Source of the DNA: Haliotis rubra
Taxonomy: Eukaryota
DNA length: 64,000 nucleotides
Reading direction: 5' to 3'
Assembly: GCF_003918875.1 (NCBI RefSeq)
Contig: NW_025767210.1
Span: 62,001 to 126,000 of the forward strand
Part shown: one piece after another, positions 63,100-64,000 of the stretch
Layout: the number at the start of each line of letters is the position of its first letter
Position numbering within the stretch: position 1 is the stretch's first letter
The notes under the pieces: model-generated
What the model was told of the DNA's origin: nothing
Seen by the model: only the letters and a program-made list of their open reading frames with translations
Database searches by the model: none
Position numbers and translations under genes: made by a program

Positions 63100-63710
63100 T
63101 TCATGATGGAATACACATTGTTCTGGGTTACGAAGTGTCACTGTAGGAACAGATGTTTTGTATCTGTTTTTGTTCATGGATTATGATGTGATAATACACA
63201 TTGCTTTGGGTTGCGAAGTATCACTATAGGAACAGAAGCTTTGTATGTGTTTTTGTTCATGGATTATGATGTGATAGAATACACATTGCTCTGGGTTGCG
63301 AAGTGTCACTGTAGGAACAGATGTTTTGTATGTGTTTTTGTTCATGGATTATGATGTGATAGAATACACATTGCTCTTGGTTGCGAAGTATCACTAGAGG
63401 AACAGATGTTTTGTATGTGTTTTGTTCTTGGATTATGATGTGATAGAATACACATTGCTCTTGGTTGCGAAGTATCACTAGAGGAACAGATGTTTTGTAT
63501 GTGTTTTTGTTCATGGATTATGATGTGATACAAAACACATTGCTTTGGGTTGCGAAGTATCACTATAGGAACAGACGTTTTGTATGTGTTTTTGTTCATG
63601 GATTATGATGTGATAATACACATTGCTCTTGGTTGCGAAGTATCACTATAGGAACAGATGTTTTGTATGTGTTTTTGTTCATGGATTATGATGTGATAGA
63701 ATACACATTA
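63100..63710. repeat. About 85-bp minisatellite, about 7 copies
   Basis: Repeating CATGGATTATGATGTGAT...GTTGCGAAGTATCACTA.AGGAACAGATG. Confidence 0.92.
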
Positions 63711-64000
63711 AAATATGCAGGGAAGCATTGATGCGTGAATCAAATCACAATTATCTGATTGCCGGAGGATTATTTTGTGATCGAAGATGAATTATTCTGT
63801 GAACATAAATGCTTGATCGACTACTCACGTACAAGACCTTCTAATGCTGTGATAGCCGAGGCATTACTTCAAGTCATACCATGCGTATTGTTGCAGGTGG
63901 ACGTATAAAACTTGAACCACGCTATGCATACACTACACAGGGAAACAAGTTCATCTTCAACTGCCATGTACAGACGGGCGTCCACGGTTTGGTTATCTTC

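Noticed and set aside
63100-63710. CRISPR-like regular repeat
   Set aside because: Units are contiguous near-identical 85-mers with no unique spacers and no cas genes, in a eukaryotic context.

Overview
AT-rich, intron-containing animal genomic DNA. The SINE/LINE repertoire and gene content suggest a mollusc, possibly a gastropod such as abalone (inference only). (1) 1-12.2 kb: a minus-strand multi-exon gene, reconstructed by hand from GT-AG boundaries, encoding an F5/8 type C (discoidin) domain followed by tandem CBM14/peritrophin-A chitin-binding modules with Thr/Pro linker micro-exons; it runs off the left edge. (2) 13.4-40.3 kb: a tandem array of four intronless, signal-peptide-bearing iduronate-2-sulfatase-like genes (unit about 4.2-4.3 kb). 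The copies are nearly identical except for sharply clustered amino-acid changes in two short loops predicted to line the substrate pocket. (3) An apparently intact, autonomous 6.5-kb PIF/Harbinger transposon sits between sulfatase copies 2 and 3. It has perfect 28-bp TIRs, a CAG TSD, a spliced 343-aa DDE transposase and a convergent spliced Myb/SANT gene. (4) 40-64 kb is mostly decayed: two Tc1 elements, LINE, Penelope, SINE and MITE fragments, satellites, four assembly gaps and weak remnants of possible pseudogenes.
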